In this document: piece after piece, positions 1 to 10,362 of the stretch
Numbering within the stretch: the first letter of the stretch is position 1
Layout of the letters: each line of letters opens with the position of its first letter
Assembly: GCA_046484315.1 (NCBI GenBank)
Contig: JAWOJC010000315.1
Location: 1-35,055, forward strand
From: Smithellaceae bacterium
GTDB lineage: Bacteria > Desulfobacterota > Syntrophia > Syntrophales > Smithellaceae
Direction of reading: 5' to 3'
DNA: 35,055 nt
Notes under the pieces: model-generated
The model's input: only the letters and a program-made list of their open reading frames with translations
What the model was told of the DNA's origin: nothing
Databases searched by the model: none
Position numbers and translations under genes: made by a program

Positions 1-261
1 GTCTGTGGCAGGATCATGATACGTTTCAAAAGAAAGGCACAGAATGTCTTCCTTGCTGCTGATATAATTGTACAAGTTACCGAGATTGATGCCCGTCGCC
101 TTCGAGATATCGCGCATGGTGGTTTGGGCATAGCCTTTTTTGATAAAGAGTCGGGTGGCCTTCTTGATGATTTTTGCCCTTTTGTCAAGGATCGCATCCT
201 GTCGGATCGGGTCCGGTACGTTTTCCTGATCGTTGTCGTCTCGTTGGTCAAAGTCACTCAT
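1..261 (-). CDS. TetR/AcrR-family transcriptional regulator; only the N-terminal part is present, the 3' end runs off the window
   Basis: The minus-strand frame is open from 351 down to 1. It is absent from the ORF track because there is no stop in the window. The translation ...KIIKKATRLFIKKGYAQTTMRDISKATGINLGNLYNYISSKEDIL is a canonical TetR_N helix-turn-helix. The ATG at 261 is preceded by GGAAAGGAA (SD-like). The alternative ATG at 351 has no SD. Confidence 0.8.
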   Translation of the reverse strand, partial: MSDFDQRDDNDQENVPDPIRQDAILDKRAKIIKKATRLFIKKGYAQTTMRDISKATGINLGNLYNYISSKEDILCLSFETYHDPATD

Positions 262-459
262 AAATTTCCTTTCCCGAGCGAAAGCCTCTTTTTGCGTGAA
301 AAAGAGGTCCTGTGCGTATTGATATTCGGAACGGTTTGCCGGTGTGGGCATAAAAAATCATCGGGCAGGATGAGTCCTTATGCGTGACACCCTATGCAAT
401 GATTCGAAGGGGTCCGGAGGTCATTAGCAGACCTCCAGGGTAAAAGCAAGTTCCTTCAA

Positions 460-479
460 TAAAACATACGTATGTTTTA
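460..479. promoter_or_regulatory. 20-bp perfect palindrome TAAAACATACGTATGTTTTA, candidate TetR operator
   Basis: Read directly from the sequence; the reverse complement is identical. It lies in the AT-rich divergent intergenic region between the TetR gene and the ligase operon. Confidence 0.45.
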
Positions 480-662
480 CATAAGTTTGTAAATATATGC
501 AATAACTAATTAAATAATGAAATGAAATGCATTGAACATTCATTAATTATCGTGTATTAATACGTTCATGGAGTGCATTGGGCATGAACCATCTTTCAGC
601 AAAATCAGAATCAGAAAAAAAGCGAGTATTGATGCTCGAATACAATTTATAGGAGGTCTCCC

Positions 663-2327
663 ATGTACGAAACAAAACCCTGGCAGAAGTGTTACGATTA
701 CAATGTCCCGAAAACCATCCAGTATCCAAGAATTCCTGTGCAAAATTTTGTGCACCTGGCCGCCGCCACCTATCCGCACAAGGCGGCAACAAATATTTAT
801 GGGTCGCAGATGACCTTTCGTCAGATCCGGTCGCAGATGCTGCGCATGGCCAACGCGCTGACCAAATTCGGCGTTAAAAAGGGAGATCGTGTCGGCCTGG
901 CCCTTCCCAACTGCCCGCAATACATCATCGCCTATTATGCGACCATGTCCGTGGGCGCGATCGTCGTGAATATGAATCCGATGTACACGCATGATGAATT
1001 GAAATTCATGATGGCGAACTCCGGCCTGGAGACGCTCTTTACCTTTGATATGGTGTTGCCCGTCATGCGTCCCCTGGCCAAGGAACTGGGCATTAAAAAT
1101 GTCATTATCACCAAAGTGACGGACTACATTCAGGGCTTTGGGGTGACGACGGCCAAAAGCCTGGAACTCGAAGAAGGCTGGCATCATTTTTCCGAACTGC
1201 TGGAGAGCATGACCAGCGAAAGCCTGCCACGCGTTGACGTCCTGTACGAAGATCCCGCCCTGATTCAGTTTACGGGCGGGACGACGGGACTGCCCAAGGG
1301 CGCACTTCTCACGCATGCCAATGTGGTGAACGCAACGTTTCAGGGCACCTTCTGGGGCAATCCGATTACCGCTTTCACACCGCATGCCAATCGGGCCGTT
1401 ATTGCCGCGATTCCTTACTTCCATATCTACGCCAATACCTTTGCCATGAACTGGGGCATGTTCAATGCCGCAACCCAGGTCATGTTCCCGAGATTTGAGT
1501 TGGACGAATTCATGGCGATGATGGCCACATTGGATGAAATTACCTATTTCCCCACCGTACCGACGATGGTCACAGCCATTGTCAACCATCCCAAAGCGAC
1601 CGAACTGGATTTGGGGAGCCGCATCCGGCTTTTGAGCGCGGGTGGCGCGCCCATGCCCGTCGAGCTGATCCAGAAAGTCAAAGATATGGGAATATTCTTC
1701 AATGAAGGGTGGGGCATGAGCGAAACCACCTCCGTGGGCATCAGCATTCCAATTCTTCGTCATAAGGCAGGTTCCATCGGTTGTCCGGTTTCCGACAATG
1801 AGGTTCGCCTGGTGGACCTGGAAACAGGGCAGCATGATGTCAAGCAGGGTGAACCCGGAGAAATCCTGATTAAAGGGCCTTCCGTCATGCAGGGCTACTG
1901 GAACAATCCCGAAGAAACAGCCATCCAGCTTAAAGACGGCTGGCTGTCCACGGGCGACATTGCCCAGATGGATGAGGACGGTTATTTCTACATCGTGGAT
2001 CGCAAGAAAGACATGATCATCGCCGGCGGATTCAATATTTATCCCCGTGAAGTGGATGAGGTTCTGTATCAGCATCCCAAGATTGCCGAGGCGGTATCCG
2101 CCGGCGTGCCGGATGCCTACCGTGGCGAAACGGTAAAGGCTTTTGTCGTGTTGCATCCGGGCGTGGAAGCAACCGACAAAGAAATTATCGCCTTCTGCAA
2201 GGAAAAGCTCGCGCCCTATAAGGTGCCCAAGCAGGTTGAATTCCGCAAAGAGCTGCCGAAGTCCGCCGTCGGCAAGATTCTGCGCAAGATTCTGCGCGAT
2301 GAGGAAATCGCCAAAAGCAAGAAGTAG
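663..2327 (+). CDS. AMP-forming acyl-CoA synthetase / fatty-acid-CoA ligase (FadD-like, ANL superfamily)
   Basis: 554-aa ORF with AGGAGG SD before the ATG. Motifs: TGGTTGLPKGA (AMP-binding P-loop), GWGMSETT, YFYIVDRKKDMII, KVPKQVEFRKELPKSAVGKILRK. Confidence 0.93.
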   Translation: MYETKPWQKCYDYNVPKTIQYPRIPVQNFVHLAAATYPHKAATNIYGSQMTFRQIRSQMLRMANALTKFGVKKGDRVGLALPNCPQYIIAYYATMSVGAIVVNMNPMYTHDELKFMMANSGLETLFTFDMVLPVMRPLAKELGIKNVIITKVTDYIQGFGVTTAKSLELEEGWHHFSELLESMTSESLPRVDVLYEDPALIQFTGGTTGLPKGALLTHANVVNATFQGTFWGNPITAFTPHANRAVIAAIPYFHIYANTFAMNWGMFNAATQVMFPRFELDEFMAMMATLDEITYFPTVPTMVTAIVNHPKATELDLGSRIRLLSAGGAPMPVELIQKVKDMGIFFNEGWGMSETTSVGISIPILRHKAGSIGCPVSDNEVRLVDLETGQHDVKQGEPGEILIKGPSVMQGYWNNPEETAIQLKDGWLSTGDIAQMDEDGYFYIVDRKKDMIIAGGFNIYPREVDEVLYQHPKIAEAVSAGVPDAYRGETVKAFVVLHPGVEATDKEIIAFCKEKLAPYKVPKQVEFRKELPKSAVGKILRKILRDEEIAKSKK

Positions 2328-2360
2328 CGGAAATAAAATAAAAATAGTGAGGAGTGGCAT

Positions 2361-3899
2361 ATGATCAAAACAGTCGAGCAGTATCTGGAGAGCCTCAACG
2401 ACGGCCGGGAAGTCTGGTGCCTGGGAGAACGGGTGAAAGATGTCCGCACGCACCCGACCGTCAGCACGATCGTGCGGATGGCCGCGATGGACTACGTCTT
2501 GCCCAACCATCCCGATTACCATGATCTTTTTGTCACTAAAGACAAAGACGGCGAGGATATTAACTTCCTGCTGACGTCTCCCACAACATCTCAAGAGATG
2601 CTGCGCAGGAGGGAATGCTACATGGTCGGTATGCGCTCAGGTGGCGGCGTTTTGGTGCACTGCATGGGCGCCGACGCGCTGGCGGCCTTCAGCGTGGCCG
2701 CGGAAGTCATGGACAAGAATCTGGGGACATCCTATCGGGAGCGTGTCGAAAACTACCGGCGGTATCTGCAGAAAAACGATCTGGCGCTCACCGGCGCCAT
2801 CACCGATGTGAAAGGCGACCGCAGTCTGCATCCCTCCCAGCAAAAGCAGCATCAGGACTTCTACCTGCGGATTGTGGACCGGCAAAAAGACGGCATTGTT
2901 GTGCGGGGCGCTAAAGTGCACATCAGCGCGTCTCCCTGCGCCAATGAACTTTTGTGTCTGCCGTGCCGGACTCACGGCGAGGCGGATAAAGACTATGCCT
3001 TGGGATTTGCCATTCCTGTCGCCACCAAGGGGGTGAAGCTTCTGGCCGTCGAACCCAACGTGCGGACATATGGAGAAGAATGCGAATTCGATTACCCGGC
3101 GTCGGACCATCTCCAGCCGTCGGAATCGCTCATCATCTTTGACGACGTGTTTGTTCCGTGGGAGCGGGTTTTCATGTGCGGCGAATGGCAGTACTCCCAG
3201 GCACTGGCGTATGCCTTCGCCAGCTATCACCGCCTGTTCGGCACCTGTAAGATGACGTGGACGCTGGAGCTGATGACCGGCGCGGCGAGCCTCATTGCCG
3301 AATACAACGGCGTTCAGAATGTACCGCATGTGCGCAAGAAGCTTTCCTGGATGGCCTACATCACCGAAACCGTGCAGATGCTGGCCAAGCAGGCCTGCCT
3401 CGATCCGATCACGGAATTCGGCATGGATGTCATGATGCCCAACCGCATGGCGATCAACGCCTCCAAATGGACCTACGCGAGCAACTTCCATACGATGTGC
3501 CAGCACATGCAGGACATCGGCGGAGGACTCACCACCACGGTGCCTGCGTTTCGCGACTGGAACAATCCGGAAATTCAGCCATTCATCGATAAGTATCTCG
3601 CGGCTAAAGACGGGGTCTCCACCGAAGACCGCCTGCGCATCCTGCGGCTCATCAAGGACATCACCGGCAACCACTGGCAGGTGGATACCATTCACGGTGA
3701 AGGGTCGATGGCGGCACAGGAGATGTTTCTCTACGGCAGCGCCGACTGGAAAAAACTCCAATCGGCTGCCCGGCGCGCAGCCAACATGGATGGCTGGCAG
3801 AAGGATGCCACATACGGCAAACTGCCGACGATGGCTCAGTGCGTAAAAATGCCGCCGGTGGATGAATCGTATCAAAGCTTTGCGCCGAAATCGAAATAA
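2361..3899 (+). CDS. AbfD/HpaB-family flavoprotein (4-hydroxybutyryl-CoA dehydratase / vinylacetyl-CoA isomerase-like), paralog 1
   Basis: 512-aa ORF with GAGGAG SD 6 nt upstream. Family-typical blocks: TDVKGDRSLHPSQQ, DGIVVRGAKVHIS, VFVPWERVFMCGEW, YHRLFGTCK, HGEGS. Confidence 0.85.
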   Translation: MIKTVEQYLESLNDGREVWCLGERVKDVRTHPTVSTIVRMAAMDYVLPNHPDYHDLFVTKDKDGEDINFLLTSPTTSQEMLRRRECYMVGMRSGGGVLVHCMGADALAAFSVAAEVMDKNLGTSYRERVENYRRYLQKNDLALTGAITDVKGDRSLHPSQQKQHQDFYLRIVDRQKDGIVVRGAKVHISASPCANELLCLPCRTHGEADKDYALGFAIPVATKGVKLLAVEPNVRTYGEECEFDYPASDHLQPSESLIIFDDVFVPWERVFMCGEWQYSQALAYAFASYHRLFGTCKMTWTLELMTGAASLIAEYNGVQNVPHVRKKLSWMAYITETVQMLAKQACLDPITEFGMDVMMPNRMAINASKWTYASNFHTMCQHMQDIGGGLTTTVPAFRDWNNPEIQPFIDKYLAAKDGVSTEDRLRILRLIKDITGNHWQVDTIHGEGSMAAQEMFLYGSADWKKLQSAARRAANMDGWQKDATYGKLPTMAQCVKMPPVDESYQSFAPKSK

Positions 3900-3952
3900 C
3901 AAGGTTTGATTCGGCGAGTATTAACAATAAAATGGATAAGGAGCAGCAGTCT

Positions 3953-5815
3953 ATGAGTAACGGTTTAGTCAACACAAGGGATCAACAGTTTGTTTTGTTC
4001 GAACAATTGGGAATTGAAAAGCTCTTTGAGTACGATGCGTACAAGGATTTTTCCCGCGATGATTTGCAGATGGTTTTAAACGAAGCCGAGAAGCTTGCCG
4101 TCAATGAGCTTGCGCCCTGCAACAAAGAGGGAGATGAGGAAGGCTGCCATATTAAAGACGGCGTGGTCACGGTTCCCAAATGTTTCCGTGATCCGTTCAA
4201 GAAGTTCGCCGAAGGCGGGTGGATCAATCCCATGGATTCTCCCGACGTCGGCGGGCAGGGCCTTCCGGCGTCTGTCGGGTTTGCCGCCCTGGAATATTTT
4301 GGCGCGGCCAATTACTCGTTTTCGATGTATCCGGGGCTCACGCACGGCGCCGCCATGCTGATCAATGAATCCGGCAGTCCGGAGCAGAAAAAGAAGTATA
4401 TGGAAAAACTCTTTGCCGGCGAGTGGACCGGCACCATGTGTCTGACCGAACCCGGTGCCGGCTCCGATGTCGGCGCGCTGAAAACCACCGCCAAGAAGCT
4501 TCCGGACGGCAAATATCTCATCACCGGCACGAAGTGCTTCATCTCGGCGGGCGATCACGATCTGACCCCCAACATCATTCACCCGGTGCTGGCGCGCATT
4601 GAAGGCGATCCGTCCGGCACCAGGGGCATTTCCATTTTCATCGTTCCCAAGATCCGAGTCAATGACGACGGATCCCTGGGCGAATCCAATGACGTCAAGA
4701 CCGGCGGGATCGAACACAAGATGGGCATCAAGGGATCGGCCACCGCCACGCTGAATTTCGGCGAAGACGGCAAGTGTATCGGCGAACTTTTAGGCAACGA
4801 ACGCGAAGGCATCAAAATCATGTTCATGATGATGAACGAGGCGAGACTTGGAACCGGCATGCAGGGCCTGGTGCTGTCTTCGGCGGCGCTTGAGCACGCC
4901 GTGCAATATGCCAAAGAGCGCGTTCAGGGAACGGCCATCTGGGAGATGAAAAATCCCGAGGCCAAACCCGTGGCCATCATCAACCATCCTGACGTCCGCC
5001 GGAAACTGCTGTGGATCAAATCGCACGTTGAAGGATCGCGCAGCCTCTGCTACTTTACGGCTTTTTGCATCGACATGGCGAAGGTGGCCAAAACCGAAGA
5101 AGAAAAAATCAAATGGGAAGGCCTCCTGGATCTGATGACGCCGGTTCTTAAAGCCTGGACGACGGACAAGGGGCTTTTGTCGTGCTCGATGGCGATGGAT
5201 GTTTACGGCGGCTATGGCTACTGCTCAGAGTACCCGGTGGAGCAGTATCTGCGCGATGAAAAAATCGCTCAGATTTATGAAGGCACCAACGGCATTCAGG
5301 CCCTCGACCTGGTCGGCCGCAAGCTGGGACAGCGCAAAGGGGCCAATGTGATGAACATGGCCGCACTCATCCAGAAAACCATTGCCGGGGCCAAAAAGAA
5401 CGAAGACCTAGCCCCATCCGCCGTCATCCTCGAAGAAGCCTTCAACGCCTGCCTGGAACTCACGATGTTTTTTGCCCAGGCCGGAAAATCCGGCGATTTC
5501 CTGCTGCCGATTCTCAATGCCTGCAAGTTTCTGGAACTCTTCGGCGACGTGATTGTCGGCCATCTGCTTCTAGAGGCCGCTGATATCGCATCCGCGAAGC
5601 TTTCGGCCATTTATGAAGCCAATGGGGCCGATTCCGCAGGCAAACAGAAGGGATTGCAGCGGTCTGATAAAGAAGCCGCTTTCTACAGCGGCCGGATCGC
5701 GTCTGCTAAATTCTTTACAAACGACATTCTGACCACGGTGAAAGCCCGTTGCGAAGCCATCAAGATGGGCGACAAATCGCCGCTGGAAATCACGGATGAG
5801 GCGTTTGCCTGGTAA
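3953..5815 (+). CDS. Large (about 620 aa) acyl-CoA dehydrogenase with extended N- and C-terminal domains
   Basis: Motifs: TGTMCLTEPGAGSD, GIEHKMGIKGSATATLNF, YGGYGY, IYEGTNGIQALDLVGRKL. The ATG at 3953 follows AAGGAG by 9 nt. The track start at 3932 lacks an SD and is the alternative start. Confidence 0.9.
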   Translation: MSNGLVNTRDQQFVLFEQLGIEKLFEYDAYKDFSRDDLQMVLNEAEKLAVNELAPCNKEGDEEGCHIKDGVVTVPKCFRDPFKKFAEGGWINPMDSPDVGGQGLPASVGFAALEYFGAANYSFSMYPGLTHGAAMLINESGSPEQKKKYMEKLFAGEWTGTMCLTEPGAGSDVGALKTTAKKLPDGKYLITGTKCFISAGDHDLTPNIIHPVLARIEGDPSGTRGISIFIVPKIRVNDDGSLGESNDVKTGGIEHKMGIKGSATATLNFGEDGKCIGELLGNEREGIKIMFMMMNEARLGTGMQGLVLSSAALEHAVQYAKERVQGTAIWEMKNPEAKPVAIINHPDVRRKLLWIKSHVEGSRSLCYFTAFCIDMAKVAKTEEEKIKWEGLLDLMTPVLKAWTTDKGLLSCSMAMDVYGGYGYCSEYPVEQYLRDEKIAQIYEGTNGIQALDLVGRKLGQRKGANVMNMAALIQKTIAGAKKNEDLAPSAVILEEAFNACLELTMFFAQAGKSGDFLLPILNACKFLELFGDVIVGHLLLEAADIASAKLSAIYEANGADSAGKQKGLQRSDKEAAFYSGRIASAKFFTNDILTTVKARCEAIKMGDKSPLEITDEAFAW

Positions 5816-5842
5816 AAAATAAATATTTTCAAACCTTCGAAC

Positions 5843-5880
5843 AAAAGGGGTTGCAGGTGATTCTGCAGCCCCTTTTGTTT
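5843..5880. terminator. Bidirectional intrinsic terminator between convergent genes
   Basis: The stem GGGGTTGCAG/CTGCAGCCCC (one G-U pair) has a 6-nt loop. It is flanked by an A-run upstream and TTTTGTTT downstream. Confidence 0.75.
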
Positions 5881-5905
5881 AAAAATTAATTCGTGTCAGC
5901 TTGAC

Positions 5906-7066
5906 TTACAGCACTCTTGCGCCGATGACGCCTTCGGTGGCCAAAATTTTCTTGATGAGGTCTCCGTTAATTTCACCTTCCACATCAATGATGTTGTAGG
6001 CCAGATTACCCCGACTTTTATTGATCATGTCGGCAATATTGAGCTGATTGTCGGCCATCAGCTTGGTGATCTTTTCGATCATGCCAGGCGTGTTTGTATT
6101 GGAGATGGTAATTCGCTTCTTTCCCGAGCGGTCGAGGGTGCACTCAGGAAAGTTGACGGAGTTCTTGATGTTGCCGTGTTCCAGAAAATCCATCAGTTCC
6201 AGGGCCGCCATGACGGCGCAGTTTTCTTCCGATTCTTCGGTCGAGGCGCCCAGATGCGGGATGGCAATGACCTTGTCCGTTTTAATGACTTCTTCGTCGG
6301 GGAAATCCGTAACGTAGCAGCCGAGGATTCCATCGGCGACCGCTTTTTTCAGGGAGGCCGTGTCGACCAGCCCGCCTCGCGCGAAGTTCAAGACCACAAC
6401 ACCTTTTTTCATGATAGCGAATTTATCGGAATTGATGAAGCCTTTGGTATCTTTATTCTGGGGGACGTGCAGCGAGATGAAATCACATTCGGCAAGCAGT
6501 TTGTCCAGGCTTGGCGCCTTCTTCGTATTGCGTGACAGCCTCCAGGCCGCCTCGATAGACAAAAACGGATCGTATCCCCAGACTTCCATACCGAGGGCGT
6601 CTGCTGCATTGGCAACCATCGTGCCGATGGCGCCCAGACCCACGACGCCAAGTTTCTTTCCCTGGATTTCCGTGCCGCTGAATTTCGATTTTCCCTTTTC
6701 AATCAAGTCCGGAACCTTGTCGCCTTCACCGATGAGTCCTTTAGCCCAGGCGATGCCGTTGGGGATGTTCCGCGCCGCTAAGATCATGGACATGATCACC
6801 AGTTCTTTAACACCGTTGGCATTGGCTCCCGGTGTGTTGAAAACAACAATGCCTTTTTCAGAGCACTTGTCGATGGGGATATTGTTGACGCCGGCGCCGG
6901 CGCGGGCAATGGCTTTCATGCTTGACGGCAGGGCCATGTCTTTCATTTCCTTGCTTCGAACAAGAATGCCGTCCGCATCGTCCATGCCCTCGCGGTACTC
7001 ATAATCCTTTGTAAAGAGGTTCAGGCCTTTTTCCGAAATTTTGTTTAACAAGTCGATCCGATACAT
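5906..7066 (-). CDS. Short-form D-3-phosphoglycerate dehydrogenase-like 2-hydroxyacid dehydrogenase with C-terminal ACT domain
   Basis: NAD-binding motif GVVGLGAIGTMVA, a catalytic-domain HLGAST block, and an ACT-like tail ITISNTNTPGMIEKITKLMADNQLNIADM. The family N-terminus MYRIDLLNKIS favours the ATG at 7066. The track maximum at 7090 is the alternative start. Confidence 0.82.
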   Translation of the reverse strand: MYRIDLLNKISEKGLNLFTKDYEYREGMDDADGILVRSKEMKDMALPSSMKAIARAGAGVNNIPIDKCSEKGIVVFNTPGANANGVKELVIMSMILAARNIPNGIAWAKGLIGEGDKVPDLIEKGKSKFSGTEIQGKKLGVVGLGAIGTMVANAADALGMEVWGYDPFLSIEAAWRLSRNTKKAPSLDKLLAECDFISLHVPQNKDTKGFINSDKFAIMKKGVVVLNFARGGLVDTASLKKAVADGILGCYVTDFPDEEVIKTDKVIAIPHLGASTEESEENCAVMAALELMDFLEHGNIKNSVNFPECTLDRSGKKRITISNTNTPGMIEKITKLMADNQLNIADMINKSRGNLAYNIIDVEGEINGDLIKKILATEGVIGARVL

Positions 7067-7197
7067 AAAATATCTTCTACTCCTTTCCATGTCTTTATAT
7101 TAGAGGATCGCTTCTATTTTTGAGCGCCTCTTGGTTATATCTGCTCGGCAAAAAAAATGTCCTGATGATTCATGCGACTTTTCATTTTGCGGACTGA

Positions 7198-7226
7198 AGT
7201 ATAAAGTGGCCTCGATGGAGAGTCAA
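7198..7226 (-). promoter_or_regulatory. Sigma70-type promoter TTGACT-N17-TATACT for the short PGDH-like gene
   Basis: On the minus strand: -35 TTGACT (7226-7221), a 17-nt spacer, and -10 TATACT (7203-7198). This predicts a leader of about 120 nt. Confidence 0.55.
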
Positions 7227-7247
7227 GGAAATCATCGGGGAGAGGCG

Positions 7248-7286
7248 AAAAAAAAGGGTTTTAAACAAAAAATGTTTAAAACCCTT
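7248..7286 (-). terminator. Intrinsic terminator downstream of tRNA-Lys
   Basis: Minus-strand RNA: AGGGUUUUAAAC - loop - GUUUAAAACCCU followed by UUUUUUUU. Confidence 0.8.
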
Positions 7287-7294
7287 TGATTTTC

Positions 7295-7369
7295 TGGTGG
7301 GCCGTGCGGGGATTGAACCCGCGGCCAACGGATTAAAAGTCCGCTGCTCTACCGCTGAGCTAACGGCCC
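7295..7369 (-). tRNA. tRNA-Lys, anticodon UUU, CCA encoded
   Basis: The reverse complement folds into a cloverleaf: acceptor GGGCCGT/ACGGCCC, D arm GCTC-AGCGGTA-GAGC, anticodon arm GCGGA-CTTTTAA-TCCGT, T arm GCGGG-TTCAATC-CCCGC, discriminator A, then CCA. Confidence 0.95.
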
Positions 7370-7445
7370 ACGTTGTTTATCGTTCGTCGTGAACAAGGCT
7401 CTCTAACAGCTCGTCAGTCCTGTGTCAAGAAGAAACTGAGTCCTT

Positions 7446-8750
<1,305 letters not shown>

Positions 8751-10340
8751 CTATTCCTGCATTTTTATCGGGATAATGGAAAGTACATGCGGTAATTTCC
8801 GTAGTTTTTCCAAGACGTCCGAAGGCACGGGGGAATCCGTGTTCAGAACGACCAGCGCTTGTTTCGCCTGAGCGTCGCGGCTCAAGTGCAGACGGGCGAT
8901 GTTTACTTTGTTGTCGCCCAGTGTGGTGCCCAGGTTGCCGACCACACCCGGACGGTCGTCGTTGGAGACGGCCAGCATATAGCCTTCCGGCACGATTTCC
9001 ACAGAGAACTCATTGACCCGGACGATGCGCAGGTCATGTTTGCCGAAGACGGTTCCGGCCGTGGTGCTGTTTTCTTTCGACGTTTTCACGGTCAGCGCGA
9101 TCATCGTCGTGTAATCCTTGACTTCGCTGCTCTTGGATTCAATGACTTTGATGCCGCGTTCCCTGGCAATGACCGGCGCGTTGATGTAATTGACGGTTTC
9201 GGTCAAAATCGGATCCAAAAGGCCTTTGATCAGCGAAATGGTGATCGGCGCGACGTTGTGGTTGAGTATTTCGCCGCTGTATTCGATATGCACTTCCTGG
9301 ATCGCACCGGAAAGCAGCTGCGCCTGAAAGGTGCCCAGTTTTTCGGCCAGCGCCAGGTAGGGACGGATGGATGCCATCACATCCGCGCTGACGGACGGGA
9401 AATTCACCGCGCCTTTGATTTCGCCGGTGGCGAAATAGGCGGCAATCTGATGCGCGATGGCGATGGCCACGCTGGTTTGTGCCTCATCGGTGGACGCGCC
9501 CAGATGCGGCGTGCAGATGACGTTGTCCAGAGCGATCAGGTCCATGTTTTTGGTCGGTTCTTCTTCAAACACGTCAATGGCCGCGCCTGCGACTTTGCCG
9601 GATTTCAGGGCTTCATAGAGGTCTTTTTCATTGACGATGCCGCCACGGGCGCAATGGATCAGGAACACGCCTTTTTTCATTTTGGCAAATGATTCTGCGT
9701 TGACCAGATTTCTTGTTTCCGGCATCAGCGGCGAATGCACGGTGATGAAATCGGCGTTGGCATACAGTTCATCGAGGCTGACCAGCGGAATACCCATCTG
9801 TTCGGCGATTTCCGGTGATATGAACGGGTCGTGGGCGATAACGTTCATTTTCAGGCCTTTGGCGCGATCGGCCACGACGGCACCGACACGACCCAGGCCG
9901 ATGACACCCAGCGTTTTGTTGCAATATTCATTGCCCATGAATTTGGATTTTTCCCAAAGGCCTGCTTTCATTGAGGCGGTGGCCTGAGGAATCTTGCGCG
10001 CGAGCGACAGCATCATGGCGATGGCGTGTTCGGCAGTGGTGACCGTGTTGCCGCCCGGGGTGTTCATAACCACGATACCGCGTTTGCTGGCGGCCGGGAT
10101 ATCGATGTTGTCCACGCCCGCACCCGCGCGACCGATGGCGGCCAGTTTGGTGGCCGCTTCAATGATCTCCGCCGTGGCTTTGGTGGAGGAGCGGACGATG
10201 AGCGCGTCGTATTCCTTAATGATTGCTTTCAATTCATCCGGCTTCATGCCGGTTTTTACGTCAACCTTAATTCCCGGCGCGTTGCCCAGTATCTCAGCGA
10301 CTTCGGGAGCCATGGAGTCGCTGACCAATACTCGTTTCAT
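8751..10340 (-). CDS. serA: D-3-phosphoglycerate dehydrogenase, long form with ASB and ACT domains
   Basis: GVIGLGRVGAVVA Rossmann motif, HLGAST, and a C-terminal ACT region (DRPGVVGNLGTTLGDNKVNIA). The ATG at 10340 follows AAGGAG by 6 nt. The track start at 10355 is the alternative start. Confidence 0.93.
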   Translation of the reverse strand: MKRVLVSDSMAPEVAEILGNAPGIKVDVKTGMKPDELKAIIKEYDALIVRSSTKATAEIIEAATKLAAIGRAGAGVDNIDIPAASKRGIVVMNTPGGNTVTTAEHAIAMMLSLARKIPQATASMKAGLWEKSKFMGNEYCNKTLGVIGLGRVGAVVADRAKGLKMNVIAHDPFISPEIAEQMGIPLVSLDELYANADFITVHSPLMPETRNLVNAESFAKMKKGVFLIHCARGGIVNEKDLYEALKSGKVAGAAIDVFEEEPTKNMDLIALDNVICTPHLGASTDEAQTSVAIAIAHQIAAYFATGEIKGAVNFPSVSADVMASIRPYLALAEKLGTFQAQLLSGAIQEVHIEYSGEILNHNVAPITISLIKGLLDPILTETVNYINAPVIARERGIKVIESKSSEVKDYTTMIALTVKTSKENSTTAGTVFGKHDLRIVRVNEFSVEIVPEGYMLAVSNDDRPGVVGNLGTTLGDNKVNIARLHLSRDAQAKQALVVLNTDSPVPSDVLEKLRKLPHVLSIIPIKMQE

Positions 10341-10362
10341 AGCATTCTCCTTCATGTTCTCA

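Noticed and set aside
16-387. Plus-strand 123-aa ORF at the left edge.
   Set aside because: The opposite strand encodes a clear TetR-type helix-turn-helix in an open frame, so the plus-strand ORF is its shadow.
543-2594. Very long antisense ORFs opposite real genes. Examples: 543-2594(-) 683 aa, 2637-3902(-), 17192-18580(+), 22725-24149(+), 25959-27026(+), 33679-34686(+), 8859-9692(+).
   Set aside because: Each lies fully opposite a gene with unmistakable family motifs. Their translations are low-complexity and rich in Arg/Gly/His/Asp, with no recognisable domains and no SD. These are typical shadow frames of coding DNA.
7135-7185. 16-aa ORF (MKSRMNHQDIFFAEQI) in the leader of the short PGDH-like gene, considered as an attenuation leader peptide.
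   Set aside because: It has no SD, no run of regulatory codons (for example Ser), and no alternative terminator/antiterminator pairing that I could see.
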